Counted from the stretch's first letter, positions 28,912-42,058 are shown. The stretch is DNA of 64,000 nt from an uncultured delta proteobacterium (GCA_963699755.1 CAVOVB010000007.1:96001-160000); one strand, 5' to 3'. Notes: generated by a model not told the origin, from the sequence alone. Made by a program: numbers and translations.

Positions 28912-30332
28912 CCCGTCAAGGCAGGCCAGGGCGCGGCCGCTTCAATCTCGAGAGCAAGCTCGAGAAGCGTTCGTTCGTCGCCGAGCGGCGCAGCGAACTG
29001 AACCCCGAGGGGCAATCCGTCCCGGCTCCGCCCCAAGGGTAGCGAGATGGCAGGACCACCCGAAACGTTCTGGGTCGGCGTGAATGGGATGAACCACTTC
29101 AATCGCTCCAACGCGATCTCGAATGGAACCTCTGGTCCGATGTAGCCGTGCTCGGGCGTGGGCGCCGCTACGGTGGGATTCATCAGGATATCGTAGTCGT
29201 TGAAGCGGCGGGCGTATTGTCGTGCGAACTTCCTCAGCCGCCAAAGGGCGGCCGGGGCATTCTGGGCGTTTTCCTTGAAGTACCGTGCAAGGCCTTCGGT
29301 GAAGTCCTCGACTTTCGACCGGTCGAAATCAGGATGAACGAGCAGCTTGCCAAACCGAGTGACTGTGAAGCTGAGCATCGCCCAGAGCAAGAAGAAGTCC
29401 TCTAGAAATCCATCGTCAAACGGACGTGCGACCGGCTCGACCGAGTGTCCAAGGTTTTCGAGCAACTTCGCCGCGTTCGTCACGGCCTCGACGCAGTCCG
29501 GATGGGAAGGCGTTGCTTCATCGAGGTTCGCGAAAAAACCAACTCGCAGCCGCCGGCCCGGATGGGTCACCTCGCCGATCTCGGGCAGACTGGAATTCCG
29601 ATAATACTCCTCGGCGGACTGATAGAAGACCGCCGTGTCGCGAACCGAGCGACTAAGCATCCCCTGGTGGACGATCTTGACCGGAAAAAACGCCGCGCCT
29701 TCGATGTCTTTGAGTCGGCCGCGCGATGGCTTCAAGCCCACCAAGCCGCAACACGATGCAGGGATCCGCGTAGAGCCTCCCCCGTCATTCCCATGCGCGA
29801 TCGGGACGACTCCTGCTGCCACGAGCGCCGCAGAGCCGCCAGACGAGCCGCCAGGAGAGAAGCCCAGCTTCCAAGGGTTGTGCGTCCGCCCATAGACTAG
29901 CGCCTCGGTCGTCCCCGTGAGCCCGAACTCTGGCATGGTCGTCTTGCCTAGGTTGATCAGTCCGAGCGACAAGAACTGCTCGACGAATGGTGAGCTTCGT
30001 TCCGATGGCTGTTTCGGAAGCCCACGCGAGCCGTGCAAGACCGGAGAGCCTGCAACAGCTTCGTTGTCCTTGATGAACGAAGGCACACCGGCGAAGGCCC
30101 CGGACCCGGGCCGGCCTGCTTCCTCGAGCGCAGACTCAAAAAGCGGGGTGGCAATCGCATTGAGAGCAGGGTTCACTCGCTGCGCGCGCGCAATCGCGGC
30201 CTCGACGGCTTCGCGCGCCTGAATCTGCCCGCTCCGAATTCGCCGTGCGATTTCGACCGCATCCGCAGTACCGAGAACATCATCGGAGACCGCACTCACC
30301 GGCTTTCCTGTTGTCACTGCCTCAGCTCGCAC
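28908..30332 (-). CDS. Amidase signature family protein
   Basis: GVPSFIKD, GKTTMPEFG, GGSSGGSAA, NDGGGSTRIPAS. Confidence 0.92.
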   Translation of the reverse strand: MRAEAVTTGKPVSAVSDDVLGTADAVEIARRIRSGQIQAREAVEAAIARAQRVNPALNAIATPLFESALEEAGRPGSGAFAGVPSFIKDNEAVAGSPVLHGSRGLPKQPSERSSPFVEQFLSLGLINLGKTTMPEFGLTGTTEALVYGRTHNPWKLGFSPGGSSGGSAALVAAGVVPIAHGNDGGGSTRIPASCCGLVGLKPSRGRLKDIEGAAFFPVKIVHQGMLSRSVRDTAVFYQSAEEYYRNSSLPEIGEVTHPGRRLRVGFFANLDEATPSHPDCVEAVTNAAKLLENLGHSVEPVARPFDDGFLEDFFLLWAMLSFTVTRFGKLLVHPDFDRSKVEDFTEGLARYFKENAQNAPAALWRLRKFARQYARRFNDYDILMNPTVAAPTPEHGYIGPEVPFEIALERLKWFIPFTPTQNVSGGPAISLPLGRSRDGLPLGVQFAAPLGDERTLLELALEIEAAAPWPALTG

Positions 30333-30361
30333 ATGGAGCCATTATCACATAGCCTCGCGCC

Positions 30362-31318
30362 ATGGCATCCGGTTCCACCAAAGCAATTTTGGCCGCCCTT
30401 TTCGCGAATTTCGGCATAGCAATCGCGAAGTTTGCTGGCTATCTGTTTACTTCGTCATCGTCGATGTTGGCCGAGGCCATTCACTCTCTCGCCGATACCT
30501 CCAACCAGGCGCTTCTCCTGCTCGGAAGCAAGCGCGCTTCCAGAGATGCGACGCCCGATCATCCATTTGGCTTTGGACGAGAACGTTACTTCTGGTCGTT
30601 CATCGTCGCGCTCGTGCTCTTCACGCTGGGCGGGCTTTTTGCGATCTATGAGGGCGTGCACAAGCTCCGTGAAGCAAGCCACGAGGTCTCCAATCTGCAA
30701 TGGGCGATCGGAATTCTCGTAATCGGGATCTTCTTGGAGGGCTACTCGTTCTTCATCGCCGCCAAGGAGTCGCTAACGCTGAAGGGTCGTGCCTCTTGGT
30801 GGGAGTTCATTCGTCACTCGCGTACGCCGGAGCTCCCTGTCGTGCTCCTCGAGGATTTCGGCGCGCTCATGGGATTGGCGATCGCGCTGCTCGGCGTGTC
30901 GATTGCAGCCATCACCGGTGATGTGCGCTGGGACGCGTACGGCACCATCGCGATCGGCGTGCTTCTCGTCGTGATCGCTGCCGTGCTCGTGTTCGAGATG
31001 AAGAGCCTGTTGATTGGTGAGTCGGCGCTCGCGCCCATGCGAATTGCGATAGCGCGGGCAATCGAAGAAACGCCGGATGTGAACCGAGTCCTCCACATGC
31101 GGACCCAACACATTGGCCCTGACGAGCTCCTGGTAGCCGCCAAAGTGCAGCTCAAGCAGGGCCTCGACACGGCCGGGGTTGCGGCCGCGGTCAACCGAGC
31201 CGAACGCCGCATCCGAGAATCTGTTCCGATCCACTGTATGATTTATCTCGAGCCGGACCTGTTCGATCCCAACCACCCTGACCTACTGAAGACTGAGCCC
31301 AAACCAAGCGAGAGCTGA
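30362..31318 (+). CDS. Cation diffusion facilitator (CDF) transporter
   Basis: SMLAEAIHSLAD, HPFGFGRERY, SLLIGES; about six TMs. Confidence 0.9.
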   Translation: MASGSTKAILAALFANFGIAIAKFAGYLFTSSSSMLAEAIHSLADTSNQALLLLGSKRASRDATPDHPFGFGRERYFWSFIVALVLFTLGGLFAIYEGVHKLREASHEVSNLQWAIGILVIGIFLEGYSFFIAAKESLTLKGRASWWEFIRHSRTPELPVVLLEDFGALMGLAIALLGVSIAAITGDVRWDAYGTIAIGVLLVVIAAVLVFEMKSLLIGESALAPMRIAIARAIEETPDVNRVLHMRTQHIGPDELLVAAKVQLKQGLDTAGVAAAVNRAERRIRESVPIHCMIYLEPDLFDPNHPDLLKTEPKPSES

Positions 31319-31326
31319 GATCGGCG

Positions 31327-32358
31327 CTACCAGTCGATGATCGCAGCACCCCAGGTGAAGCCGGAACCAAATGCGACGGCTGCGATCTTCATTCCGCGCT
31401 CTAGCCGGCCCTGCCCCTGCGCCTCGGCGAGCATGATCGGGATGGTCGCGGCGGTCGTGTTGCCATAGCGCTCGATGTTGTGAACGAGCTTGTCGTCGGG
31501 GATGCCAAGTCGCGTAGCGACGTACTGATTAATCCTCAGGTTGGCCTGGTGAAAGAAAAACAGGTCGACGTCGTCGAGCGTCAGGCTCTGCTTCTGAAAC
31601 TCTTTCAGGAGCGCAGCGATCATTCGCTCGACGGCGTTTTTGAACACCAGGCGCCCGGCCATGCGCGCAAACATGTAGTCGGGCTCGACCTGCCCGACGC
31701 CTTCTTCGTTCTGCGGGATGAACGGACGCTTGCTGATGTCCCAAATCTTCTGGGAGAGCGCATCTGCGTGACGCCCATCGGCCCCGAGGTGCCAGCTGCG
31801 AATGCCGCGGTCCTCGTCCGTTGCGCTGACGACCACCGCGCCCGCGCCATCACCGAAGAGCGAAGCGACGTCGCGCCCAGCAGTTCTCAGATCGAGCGCG
31901 GCCGAATGGACCTCCGCTCCGACGAGGACGATGTTGTCCACCGAGCCTGTTTGCACCATTGATGAAGCGGTGGCGAGCCCATACAGAAACCCGGAGCATT
32001 GATTTCGGATATCGAGACAACCGACGAAGTGGCCCAGGTTCTCGTCGGTCAGTCCTAGCTTGGCCTGGAGGTAGACTCCCGAGCCCGGGAATGCGTGATC
32101 AGGCGAAAGGGTCGCGAAAATGATCATGCCGATGTCGGTCTTTGCAAGCCCGGCGCGGTCGAGCGCCATTTCTACGGCGGGAACGGCGAGATCGGACGTA
32201 CCAACGCCCGCAGGAGCGAAGCGGCGCTCCTTGATCCCCGTGCGCTGCTCGATCCACTCGTGGCTGGTTTCAATCCCATAGCGCTTCGAGAGCTCTTCGT
32301 TGCTGATGACGTCGTCCGGTACGTAGAAGCCGGTCCCAGAAATGTACGCGTTCGCCAA
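31327..32358 (-). CDS. fabH: 3-oxoacyl-ACP synthase III (FabH family)
   Basis: WIEQRTGIKERR, NQCSGF, FGDGAGA, HQANLRI, YGNTTAA, FGSGFTWG; TTG start after GGAGG. Confidence 0.88.
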   Translation of the reverse strand: MANAYISGTGFYVPDDVISNEELSKRYGIETSHEWIEQRTGIKERRFAPAGVGTSDLAVPAVEMALDRAGLAKTDIGMIIFATLSPDHAFPGSGVYLQAKLGLTDENLGHFVGCLDIRNQCSGFLYGLATASSMVQTGSVDNIVLVGAEVHSAALDLRTAGRDVASLFGDGAGAVVVSATDEDRGIRSWHLGADGRHADALSQKIWDISKRPFIPQNEEGVGQVEPDYMFARMAGRLVFKNAVERMIAALLKEFQKQSLTLDDVDLFFFHQANLRINQYVATRLGIPDDKLVHNIERYGNTTAATIPIMLAEAQGQGRLERGMKIAAVAFGSGFTWGAAIIDW

Positions 32359-32486
32359 GAGTCCTCCCGAGCGTTTCTCGCGCGAGTATGCCAGCAAATG
32401 CCGCATGCCCGACCGAAATTCTAATCAGTCGACGACCTGATGGCCGTCTGGCAGGATTCCAGCTCTCTCGCGAAAGAGGTCGTGTC

Positions 32487-33320
32487 GTGAAAAGCTTCGA
32501 AAACAAAGTGGCCGCCATCACCGGCGCGGGCTCCGGCATCGGCCGCGCACTTGCGATCGAGCTCGCGCGCAAGCGCTGTCATCTGGCGCTCTCCGACCTG
32601 AACGAGGAAGGCTTGCAGGGCACCATCGAGCAGGTGCGCGGGTTCGGCGTTCAGGTGACCTCCCGGCGAGTCGACGTGGCCGACCGCGAGGCGGTTCATC
32701 GCTGGGCCGATGAAGTAGTGACCGAGCATGGGAAGGCCAACTTGATCTTCAACAACGCCGGTGTGGCGCTCGCCAGCACCGTCGAAGGAATGAGCTACGG
32801 AGACTTCGAGTGGTTGATGGACGTGAACTTCTGGGGCGTCGTTCACGGGACCAAAGCATTTTTGCCCCATCTCAGAGCCTCCGGCGACGGCCACATCGTC
32901 AACGTTTCGAGTGTATTCGGCTTGGCCGGGATCCCGAGTCAAAGCGCATACAATTCGGCCAAGTTCGCCGTGCGCGGCTTTACCGAGTCGCTCCGCCAAG
33001 AGCTCGACATGATGCGCTGCGGCGTCAGCGCGTCGAGCGTTCACCCGGGCGGAATCAAGACCGGCATCGCCCGGTCTTCCCGGATTGACGAAAACATCCG
33101 CGACCTCGGAATCAACGATGTCGACAGCAGGGAGAAGTTCGAAAAGACGTTCATCACCAGTGCCGACAAGGCAGCGCGCGCGATCCTCGATGGGGTTCGA
33201 CGCAATCAACGACGTATTCTGGTCGGACCAGACGCCCGTGTCTTCGACTGGGTCGTGCGACTGCTGCCGTCCACCTACCAGCGAATCGCCGTCGGCTATT
33301 CCAAGTTCAGCGCAAAGTAG
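32487..33320 (+). CDS. SDR oxidoreductase
   Basis: TGAGSGIG, FNNAG, YNSAKF. Confidence 0.9.
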   Translation: MKSFENKVAAITGAGSGIGRALAIELARKRCHLALSDLNEEGLQGTIEQVRGFGVQVTSRRVDVADREAVHRWADEVVTEHGKANLIFNNAGVALASTVEGMSYGDFEWLMDVNFWGVVHGTKAFLPHLRASGDGHIVNVSSVFGLAGIPSQSAYNSAKFAVRGFTESLRQELDMMRCGVSASSVHPGGIKTGIARSSRIDENIRDLGINDVDSREKFEKTFITSADKAARAILDGVRRNQRRILVGPDARVFDWVVRLLPSTYQRIAVGYSKFSAK

Positions 33321-33335
33321 CTCCTCGAGTCCCTC

Positions 33336-33887
33336 GTGAATCCCAAGTACATCCCCAACGCGATCTGCATCGTGCGCATCATCTTGGTAGCGCCGATCGT
33401 CTGGAGCCTGCTCGAGGGTCGCTACGGTCTCGCCCTGGGGCTGATTCTGATCGCCGGGCTCTCTGACGCCCTGGATGGCTTCCTCGCGAGGCGCTTCGAT
33501 TGGAGAACGCGACTGGGTGGGCTTCTTGACCCTGCCGCGGACAAGCTCTTGATGTTCTCCGCTTACGTTACTCTAGCGGTGATCGGATGGGTTCCATTCT
33601 GGTTCTCCGCGATCGTGGTTGGGCGCGACATCATCATCATCACCGGAACCATCGTCTACCAACTCCGCGTCGCCCCGATCCACGGTGAGCCGACCGGCGT
33701 CAGCAAGCTGAACACCTTCCTCCAGATTCTCTTCGTTCTGCTCACGATCAGTCACGCCTGGCGCGGCCAACCCCCCATGCTCGCCCTAGAAATCCTGGGC
33801 GCTGCTATCCTCGTCACCATCATTGTCAGCACTATCCAATACGTAACGACCGGCCTCACCCGCCTAAGGGACACGCGGGGGGTCTAA
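33336..33887 (+). CDS. CDP-alcohol phosphatidyltransferase
   Basis: SDALDGFLARR..LGGLLDPAADK. Confidence 0.9.
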   Translation: MNPKYIPNAICIVRIILVAPIVWSLLEGRYGLALGLILIAGLSDALDGFLARRFDWRTRLGGLLDPAADKLLMFSAYVTLAVIGWVPFWFSAIVVGRDIIIITGTIVYQLRVAPIHGEPTGVSKLNTFLQILFVLLTISHAWRGQPPMLALEILGAAILVTIIVSTIQYVTTGLTRLRDTRGV

Positions 33888-33926
33888 ACGACCCCTATTT
33901 CAGCACCTCATGTGCGTAGCGTGTCA

Positions 33927-34610
33927 CTAGAGTTGGGGGAGCGGGGCGTCCGGGGTCTTGCCTTCCATTCGGTGGGCGATGAAGGCTTCCAGGGTCGGAT
34001 GCTGGAGGTAGGGGTTTTCTTTGAGCTCGGCATCGAGGGTCGAGACGGTGACGGGACCGTAGTTGTGACCTGGGTACATGCGGGTTTCTCTCGGAAGCGC
34101 TCCGGTCAAAGTCTTCAGCGTCTTGTACATGACCTCCGGATCTCCACCCACGAAGTCGCAACGGCCGCAGCCCTGGATGAAGAGGGTATCGCCGGTGACG
34201 ATGGCGTCACGGATACGATAGGTCGTCGAGCCTGGCGTGTGCCCAGGGGTGTGCATCATCGCAACCTCGAGATGATCCCCGACCCGCAGGACATCGCCCG
34301 CGCTTTGGCGTTGTAGATTCTCGCAACGAAAGCCAGAGAAATCGATCTCTTCGCCGAGCATGTGTACCGGAACGTCTCGCTTGTCGAGAAGCGCGTCCAC
34401 ACGATTCACGTGGTCGAAGTGACTGTGCGTGCAGAGGATGTTGCTGATCTCGACGTCGAGCCGCTCGGCCTCCTCGAGGATGAAGTCCGCATCCCAGGCG
34501 GGATCGACGACCGCGCACTTGCGAGTCGCCTTGTCCCCGATGAAATAGATGAAGTTGTCCCATGGACCAAGCTCGAACTGATGAACGAAGATCTCGGAAT
34601 CGGTTCCCAT
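33927..34610 (-). CDS. Metallo-beta-lactamase-fold hydrolase (glyoxalase II-like)
   Basis: THSHFDH, HTPGHTPG, TGDTLF..GCGR, YPGHNY. Confidence 0.85.
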   Translation of the reverse strand: MGTDSEIFVHQFELGPWDNFIYFIGDKATRKCAVVDPAWDADFILEEAERLDVEISNILCTHSHFDHVNRVDALLDKRDVPVHMLGEEIDFSGFRCENLQRQSAGDVLRVGDHLEVAMMHTPGHTPGSTTYRIRDAIVTGDTLFIQGCGRCDFVGGDPEVMYKTLKTLTGALPRETRMYPGHNYGPVTVSTLDAELKENPYLQHPTLEAFIAHRMEGKTPDAPLPQL

Positions 34611-34611
34611 C

Positions 34612-35721
34612 TCAGAACTCCACGACGCTGCGAATCGACTTGCCTTGGTGCATCAGGTCGAACGCGTCGTTGATCCGTTCGAGAGGCATCTTGTGGGTGA
34701 TCAAATCGTCGATGTTGATCTTGCCTTCCATGTACCAATCGACGATCTTCGGCACGTCAGTCCGCCCCCTGGCCCCGCCAAAGGCCGTCCCGCGCCAAAC
34801 TCGGCCGGTGACCAACTGGAAGGGGCGCGTGGCGATCTCCTCGCCGGCCCCCGCGACGCCGATGATGACGCTTTCCCCCCATCCTTTGTGGCAGCACTCG
34901 AGCGCCTGACGCATCACGTCGACATTGCCGATGCACTCGAAGCTGTAGTCCGCCCCGCCCCCGGTCAGGTCGACCAGGTACGGTACCAGATCGCCTTCGA
35001 CTTCCCCGGGATTGACGAAGTGGGTCATCCCGAACTTCTCAGCAAGCTCGCGCCTCGCCGGGTTGAGGTCGACACCGACGATTTTGTCCGCGCCGACCAT
35101 GCGAGCCCCCTGAACCACGTTTAGCCCAATGCCACCAAGCCCGAACACCACCACATTGGCACCAGGCTTGACCTTGGCCGTATTGATTACCGCTCCAATC
35201 CCCGTGGTCACGCCGCAACCGATGTAACAAACCTTGTCGAACGGCGCGTCTTCTCGAATCTTCGCGACGGCGATCTCCGGAACCACCGTGTACTGAGCAA
35301 AGGTCGAAGTGCCCATGTAGTGGAAGACCGTCTCCTCGCCGATTGAGAAGCGACTGCTCCCGTCGGGCATCAGCCCTCGCCCCTGCGTCGCGCGCACGGC
35401 TTGGCACAGATTGGTTTTCCCCGAGGTGCAGTATTCGCAGTTGCGACACTCCGGAACATAAAGGGGAATCACATGGTCGCCGGGCTTCAACGACCTCACG
35501 CCGGACCCCAGCTCGACGACCACTCCGGCACCTTCGTGCCCGAGCACCGACGGAAAGATTCCCTCCGGGTCTGCCCCCGACAAGGTATATGCGTCGGTGT
35601 GGCAGATCCCGGTCGCCTTCATTTCGATCAGCACCTCACCGGCGCGGGGGGCGTCGAGGTGCACGGTCTCTATCGAGAGCGGTTGGCCCGCCTGGTGAGC
35701 GATTGCAGCGCGAACGTCCAT
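34612..35721 (-). CDS. frmA: S-(hydroxymethyl)glutathione dehydrogenase / class III alcohol dehydrogenase
   Basis: [42 protein letters not shown]. Confidence 0.95.
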   Translation of the reverse strand: MDVRAAIAHQAGQPLSIETVHLDAPRAGEVLIEMKATGICHTDAYTLSGADPEGIFPSVLGHEGAGVVVELGSGVRSLKPGDHVIPLYVPECRNCEYCTSGKTNLCQAVRATQGRGLMPDGSSRFSIGEETVFHYMGTSTFAQYTVVPEIAVAKIREDAPFDKVCYIGCGVTTGIGAVINTAKVKPGANVVVFGLGGIGLNVVQGARMVGADKIVGVDLNPARRELAEKFGMTHFVNPGEVEGDLVPYLVDLTGGGADYSFECIGNVDVMRQALECCHKGWGESVIIGVAGAGEEIATRPFQLVTGRVWRGTAFGGARGRTDVPKIVDWYMEGKINIDDLITHKMPLERINDAFDLMHQGKSIRSVVEF

Positions 35722-35740
35722 TCGTTTCTCCCTTTCTACC

Positions 35741-36496
35741 CTAGGTAGACCTCTCGGCAGCATCGAACCGGCCCTTCATTTTTCCTAGCCACAGGCTCAT
35801 CAGCGCCGGCTTTGGAAGACCAAGCGAACGCAGCTCGTCCGCAATCGGGTGTGCACCGAGCGCCGTTGTGACGCCACCGAGCCGAATGCCGAGATTCTCG
35901 GCGCTCGAGATGAACGGCGTCCGATGGAGCACACCGTCGATGTAGCTGTAGGTACAGAGCTCTTGCTCCGGGAAGTCGCGGTCTCCGCCCATAGGGAAGC
36001 TGATCTTCAGCACATTCTGCCCGTCTTTGTTCCAAACGCATCGGGCGCGGTCGCCACTCGTGTCGAAGTCGATTTCATCGACCGTTTTCGGGAAACCCCA
36101 AATCATTCGGCCTGCCTCGCAGGTGAACGACTGATTCACCGGAAGATGAATGATGTGCGTTGGAAGGATGCCGCGGATCATGTCGAGCGCTGCACCCATG
36201 AAGGGAACGCCCTTTCGATCACCGCGTTTGCGAACGAAGAACGCGATCGAAACTTCATTGTATTCACCCAGATCATTGTCGCGGTAATCGATGCACGCGA
36301 TGCTGAGCAGCCCGCGCCCTGGAAGCACTTGGGCGATCTCGAGCTCGGGCCCGGGGAGCAGCGCCTGGGCCGCTCCCGCGCTGACGAGCCAGGTTGCCGT
36401 CGCAGAGCATGCGTCGCGAACGACGCATGGCATCGTCACGTTGCGGCCCTGAATCAGATAACGGTTGGGGCGGCGCTCAGGGTGCTCGGCTTTCAT
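35741..36496 (-). CDS. Acetoacetate decarboxylase-like family protein
   Basis: [22 protein letters not shown]. Confidence 0.75.
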   Translation of the reverse strand: MKAEHPERRPNRYLIQGRNVTMPCVVRDACSATATWLVSAGAAQALLPGPELEIAQVLPGRGLLSIACIDYRDNDLGEYNEVSIAFFVRKRGDRKGVPFMGAALDMIRGILPTHIIHLPVNQSFTCEAGRMIWGFPKTVDEIDFDTSGDRARCVWNKDGQNVLKISFPMGGDRDFPEQELCTYSYIDGVLHRTPFISSAENLGIRLGGVTTALGAHPIADELRSLGLPKPALMSLWLGKMKGRFDAAERST

Positions 36497-36549
36497 TGCA
36501 GCTGAGTATATGGAAGGCTTCGCTGCGCCGCCACGCAAAGCGCCACACG

Positions 36550-37611
36550 ATGACCCAACAGAAGCGCCGCCTTTCATTTCTCGACCGCTACCTGACGCTA
36601 TGGATCTTCGTCGCCATGGCTCTTGGCATCGGTCTCGGCTATCTGGCACCGGGATTCGCCGACGCGCTCAACGCAATGAGCATCGGTACGACGTCCATCC
36701 CGATCGCGGTGGGATTGATTCTGATGATGTACCCGCCCTTGGCGAAAGTGCGGTACGAGGAGATGGGGCGCGTCTTCACCAACAGGAAGGTGCTGAAGCT
36801 GTCGCTGATTCAGAACTGGGTCATCGGCCCGGTGCTCATGTTTGCCCTGGCGGTCACGTTCCTTCCCGACAAACCGGACTACATGGTCGGGTTGATCATC
36901 ATCGGTCTGGCACGCTGCATCGCCATGGTTATCGTCTGGAACGACCTCGCGCTCGGGGATCGAGAGTTCGCCGCGGGCTTGGTGGCGTTCAACTCGATCT
37001 TCCAAATCCTGTTCTTCTCGGTCTACGCATGGTTCTTCGTGACCTGGCTGCCGACGCAGCTAGGCCTCGAAGGGGTGGTCGTCGACATCACGATCACCGA
37101 AATCGCCAAGAGCGTGGCGATCTATCTCGGCATTCCCTTCGCTGCTGGCTTCCTCACGCGAACAGGGCTCATCAAGGTGAGGGGACGCGACTGGTACGAC
37201 GAATCATTTGCGCCGCGCATCGGTCCGATCACGCTAGTCGCTCTTCTCTTCACGATCGTGGTCATGTTCTCCCTCAAAGGAGACACGATCGTCGCCCTAC
37301 CGTTCGACGTGGTTCGCATCGCCATACCGCTCCTCATCTACTTCGTCGCCATGTTCTTCATTTCGTTCTGGCTCTCGATGGCTGCAGGGGCCGACTACCC
37401 GGTCGCGGCGACACTGTCCTTTACGGCTGCCTCGAACAACTTCGAGCTTGCGATCGCCGTTGCCGTAGCGACCTTTGGCATTCATCACGGGGCGGCCTTT
37501 GCCGCGGTGATCGGGCCATTGGTCGAGGTGCCGGTGATGATCGGCCTGGTCGGCATCGCCCTCAGGATGCGGAAGAGATACTTCCCTCCAGCGGTCATGC
37601 TAGAAGCCTAG
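36550..37611 (+). CDS. acr3: ACR3 arsenite efflux transporter
   Basis: [46 protein letters not shown]. Confidence 0.95.
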   Translation: MTQQKRRLSFLDRYLTLWIFVAMALGIGLGYLAPGFADALNAMSIGTTSIPIAVGLILMMYPPLAKVRYEEMGRVFTNRKVLKLSLIQNWVIGPVLMFALAVTFLPDKPDYMVGLIIIGLARCIAMVIVWNDLALGDREFAAGLVAFNSIFQILFFSVYAWFFVTWLPTQLGLEGVVVDITITEIAKSVAIYLGIPFAAGFLTRTGLIKVRGRDWYDESFAPRIGPITLVALLFTIVVMFSLKGDTIVALPFDVVRIAIPLLIYFVAMFFISFWLSMAAGADYPVAATLSFTAASNNFELAIAVAVATFGIHHGAAFAAVIGPLVEVPVMIGLVGIALRMRKRYFPPAVMLEA

Positions 37612-37615
37612 CGCC

Positions 37616-38491
37616 ATGAAGGAGAGCCGAGAAAGAGTTGCCGTCGTCACCGGCGCCAGCCGTGGCGTCGGAAAGGGCATTGCCATCGCCATGGGTACTG
37701 CGGGTGCCACGGTGTACGTCAGCGGACGGAGCCAGGAGGGCGACAAGAAGCATCCGCTTGGCGGGACGGTGCAGGCCACGGCGGCAGCGGTCACCGATGC
37801 CGGCGGCCGAGGCATCGCCGTTCCTTGCGACCACTCCGACGACGAGCAGGTTCGCCAGTTGTTCGAGCGCGTCGGCGACGAGCAAGGTCGACTCGACATC
37901 CTGGTGAACAATGCGTCCGCGGTTCCGAGGGAGCTCGCCAAGCCAGGTCCGTTTTGGGAGAAGTCGCTCGACCTTTTGCGCATTCTCGACGTGGGGCAAC
38001 GCTCACACTACGTCGCCAGCTACTTTGCTGCGCCGATCCTAGTTCGAACCGGAGGGGGCCTCGTCGTGTTCACCTCGAGCTACGGCGGGCGCTGCTACAT
38101 GCACGGCCCCGCTTACGGTGCGGGCAAAGCAGGAGTCGACAAGATGGCGATGGACATGGCCGTGGACTTTCGCGATCACGATGTGGCGGTGATGAGCCTC
38201 TGGCTTGGCTTCGTTCGAACCGAGCGAAATGAACCCCTCTTCCAGCATCCCGATGCCATGAAGGGCCCATATGGTAGGTTTCTCGCCAACGCGGAGAGCC
38301 CCGAGCTCATCGGCCGTGTCATCGAAGCGCTCCATCGCGACCCCAAGCGAATGGAACGGTCGGGCCGGGTGCTCATCGTCGCGGAGCTCGCTGCAGAATT
38401 CGATGTCTGCGAGGCCGACGGACGGCAGCCCAAGTCGAATCGCGAAGCCCTGGGCGCACCGCCCGAGCCGAGCTCGGTCATCGTTCGCTGA
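37616..38491 (+). CDS. SDR oxidoreductase (DHRS1-like)
   Basis: TGASRGVGKG, LVNNA, YGAGKA. Confidence 0.88.
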   Translation: MKESRERVAVVTGASRGVGKGIAIAMGTAGATVYVSGRSQEGDKKHPLGGTVQATAAAVTDAGGRGIAVPCDHSDDEQVRQLFERVGDEQGRLDILVNNASAVPRELAKPGPFWEKSLDLLRILDVGQRSHYVASYFAAPILVRTGGGLVVFTSSYGGRCYMHGPAYGAGKAGVDKMAMDMAVDFRDHDVAVMSLWLGFVRTERNEPLFQHPDAMKGPYGRFLANAESPELIGRVIEALHRDPKRMERSGRVLIVAELAAEFDVCEADGRQPKSNREALGAPPEPSSVIVR

Positions 38492-39120
38492 GAAACCCGA
38501 GAGAACAGGTACAGCATCTCCGTCGCGATCTGCAGACACCGCGCGTCATACGCTGTGGGTTCTTCGGGCGTGCCGTCGAAAATCTTGGGGTCTTCGTACC
38601 GAATCGGCGTCCGAAGAGCTGCGCCAAATACGACTGGGCAGGCCTCGTCCGCCTCGGAGCAGGTCATGATGGCCGCGAAGCCGGTCGAGGGATTGAGGGG
38701 GTCATCGTAGGTCTTGGAGAAGCATTCGATGACCGGACCGTCTTCATCGTAGGTGACCTGGTAGCGCGGATTGTGGCCTTCGGCGTTGTCGACGACGAAC
38801 CCCGCGCGCTGCATCGCTGCGACCGCGCGCGGGTTGAACGCTGTGGCTTCAGTGCCACCCGAGTACGTGCGCACGTGCTCTATTCCGAAGTGCGCGGCCG
38901 CGGCCGCGGCCCAAAGCTGCCCCATCTGACTTCGCCGAGAGTTGTGTGTGCAAATGAAGGTTAGATCGGCCGGCTTCCCTGCTCGATGCTTCGACGAGAT
39001 GAATGCCGCTACCTCTTCGAGTGAATGCTTTCTCTCGGTTCGAATCTCGGAGATCTGCAAGAAAGCGCGATCGATGTATCGTTGGAGATCCGGGTACACC
39101 GATCGAATGCGTAACTCCAT
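38176..39120 (-). CDS. arsC: LMW-PTP-type arsenate reductase / protein-tyrosine phosphatase; frame runs about 100 codons into the convergent SDR
   Basis: FICTHNSRRSQ, SGGTEATAFNP, MTCSEADEACP, YEDPK; recognisable domain ends near MLYLFSRVS (about 38492). Confidence 0.75.
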   Translation of the reverse strand: MELRIRSVYPDLQRYIDRAFLQISEIRTERKHSLEEVAAFISSKHRAGKPADLTFICTHNSRRSQMGQLWAAAAAAHFGIEHVRTYSGGTEATAFNPRAVAAMQRAGFVVDNAEGHNPRYQVTYDEDGPVIECFSKTYDDPLNPSTGFAAIMTCSEADEACPVVFGAALRTPIRYEDPKIFDGTPEEPTAYDARCLQIATEMLYLFSRVSQRTMTELGSGGAPRASRFDLGCRPSASQTSNSAASSATMSTRPDRSIRLGSRWSASMTRPMSSGLSALARNLPYGPFMASGCWKRGSFRSVRTKPSQRLITATS

Positions 39121-39267
39121 CGCTGAGAGGATGCGAGATCTTTCGCGAAACATCACTAATACATCGCTCTTGGACGCCGTGGCCGAGAGGGAGACTCGCG
39201 GACCGCACCGCCATTGGAAAACCCACCCCGGCGAACGCCCGCCCAGGGAGCGAGGCCGACGGATACG

Positions 39268-41511
<2,244 letters not shown>

Positions 41512-41588
41512 GGCCTCCTACCCTCCCCGCTATGGGGCAAAAACGACGCGACCGCACCTGGCGGGCGCTGTGCTAGAATGACCGCCGA

Positions 41589-41972
41589 ATGCTGCGAGCA
41601 GCCACAGCCCTTTTGACGCTCATGTTCGTGGCCACCACCGGGGTGGCTGGGGCGGCGCTGCATCTGTGCGCCATGGAAGGCCTCGTCGTGAGGACCTGCT
41701 GCTGCCACAGCGAACACGAGGGGCCTCCCGTCCAGCTCGAGCCTGTCGATGATTGCTGCGGCGCGCTGATCTCGAAGAGCGAGCATCCGCCGGTCGCGAC
41801 CGGCAGCGACAAGGCCGGCGTGGATGCGCCCCTTTTGATTTCCTTGGCCGTCCAGATGGACGAGGCCGGCGATGCACCCCTCACCGACGCGGGGTGGATT
41901 CCGCTGGCGCGCGGCTCTCCTGGAGTACACGGCCCACCTCTCTTTGTTTGGAACTGCTCCTATCTGATTTGA
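41589..41972 (+). CDS. Small secreted Cys/His-rich upstream ORF (HYC_CC_PP/DUF2946-like leader)
   Basis: Signal peptide, HLC, CCCH, DDCC, C-terminal ARGSPGVHGPPLFVWNCSYLI; lies 98 nt upstream of tolC. Confidence 0.65.
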   Translation: MLRAATALLTLMFVATTGVAGAALHLCAMEGLVVRTCCCHSEHEGPPVQLEPVDDCCGALISKSEHPPVATGSDKAGVDAPLLISLAVQMDEAGDAPLTDAGWIPLARGSPGVHGPPLFVWNCSYLI

Positions 41973-41974
41973 GA

Positions 41975-42058
41975 CCTCTGCGCGTCTTGGGCTGAGCGGC
42001 GCGTATCGCCGTTCGAGGCGGGTCTGCGTTTGAAGCAGGCCCTGGTCATGTGCAGAGG
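41975..42058 (+). promoter_or_regulatory. Branched RNA structure predicted to sequester the tolC Shine-Dalgarno
   Basis: CCTCTGCGC (41975-83) pairs with GTGCAGAGG (42050-58); inner stems 41994-42001/42007-14 and 42020-27/42035-42 (each with one G-U pair). Confidence 0.55.

Noticed and set aside
33879..33900. Intrinsic terminator GGGGTC-TAAAC-GACCCC-TATTT
   Set aside because: The stem is only 6 bp, overlaps the stop codon and has a weak U-tract; plausible but not supportable.
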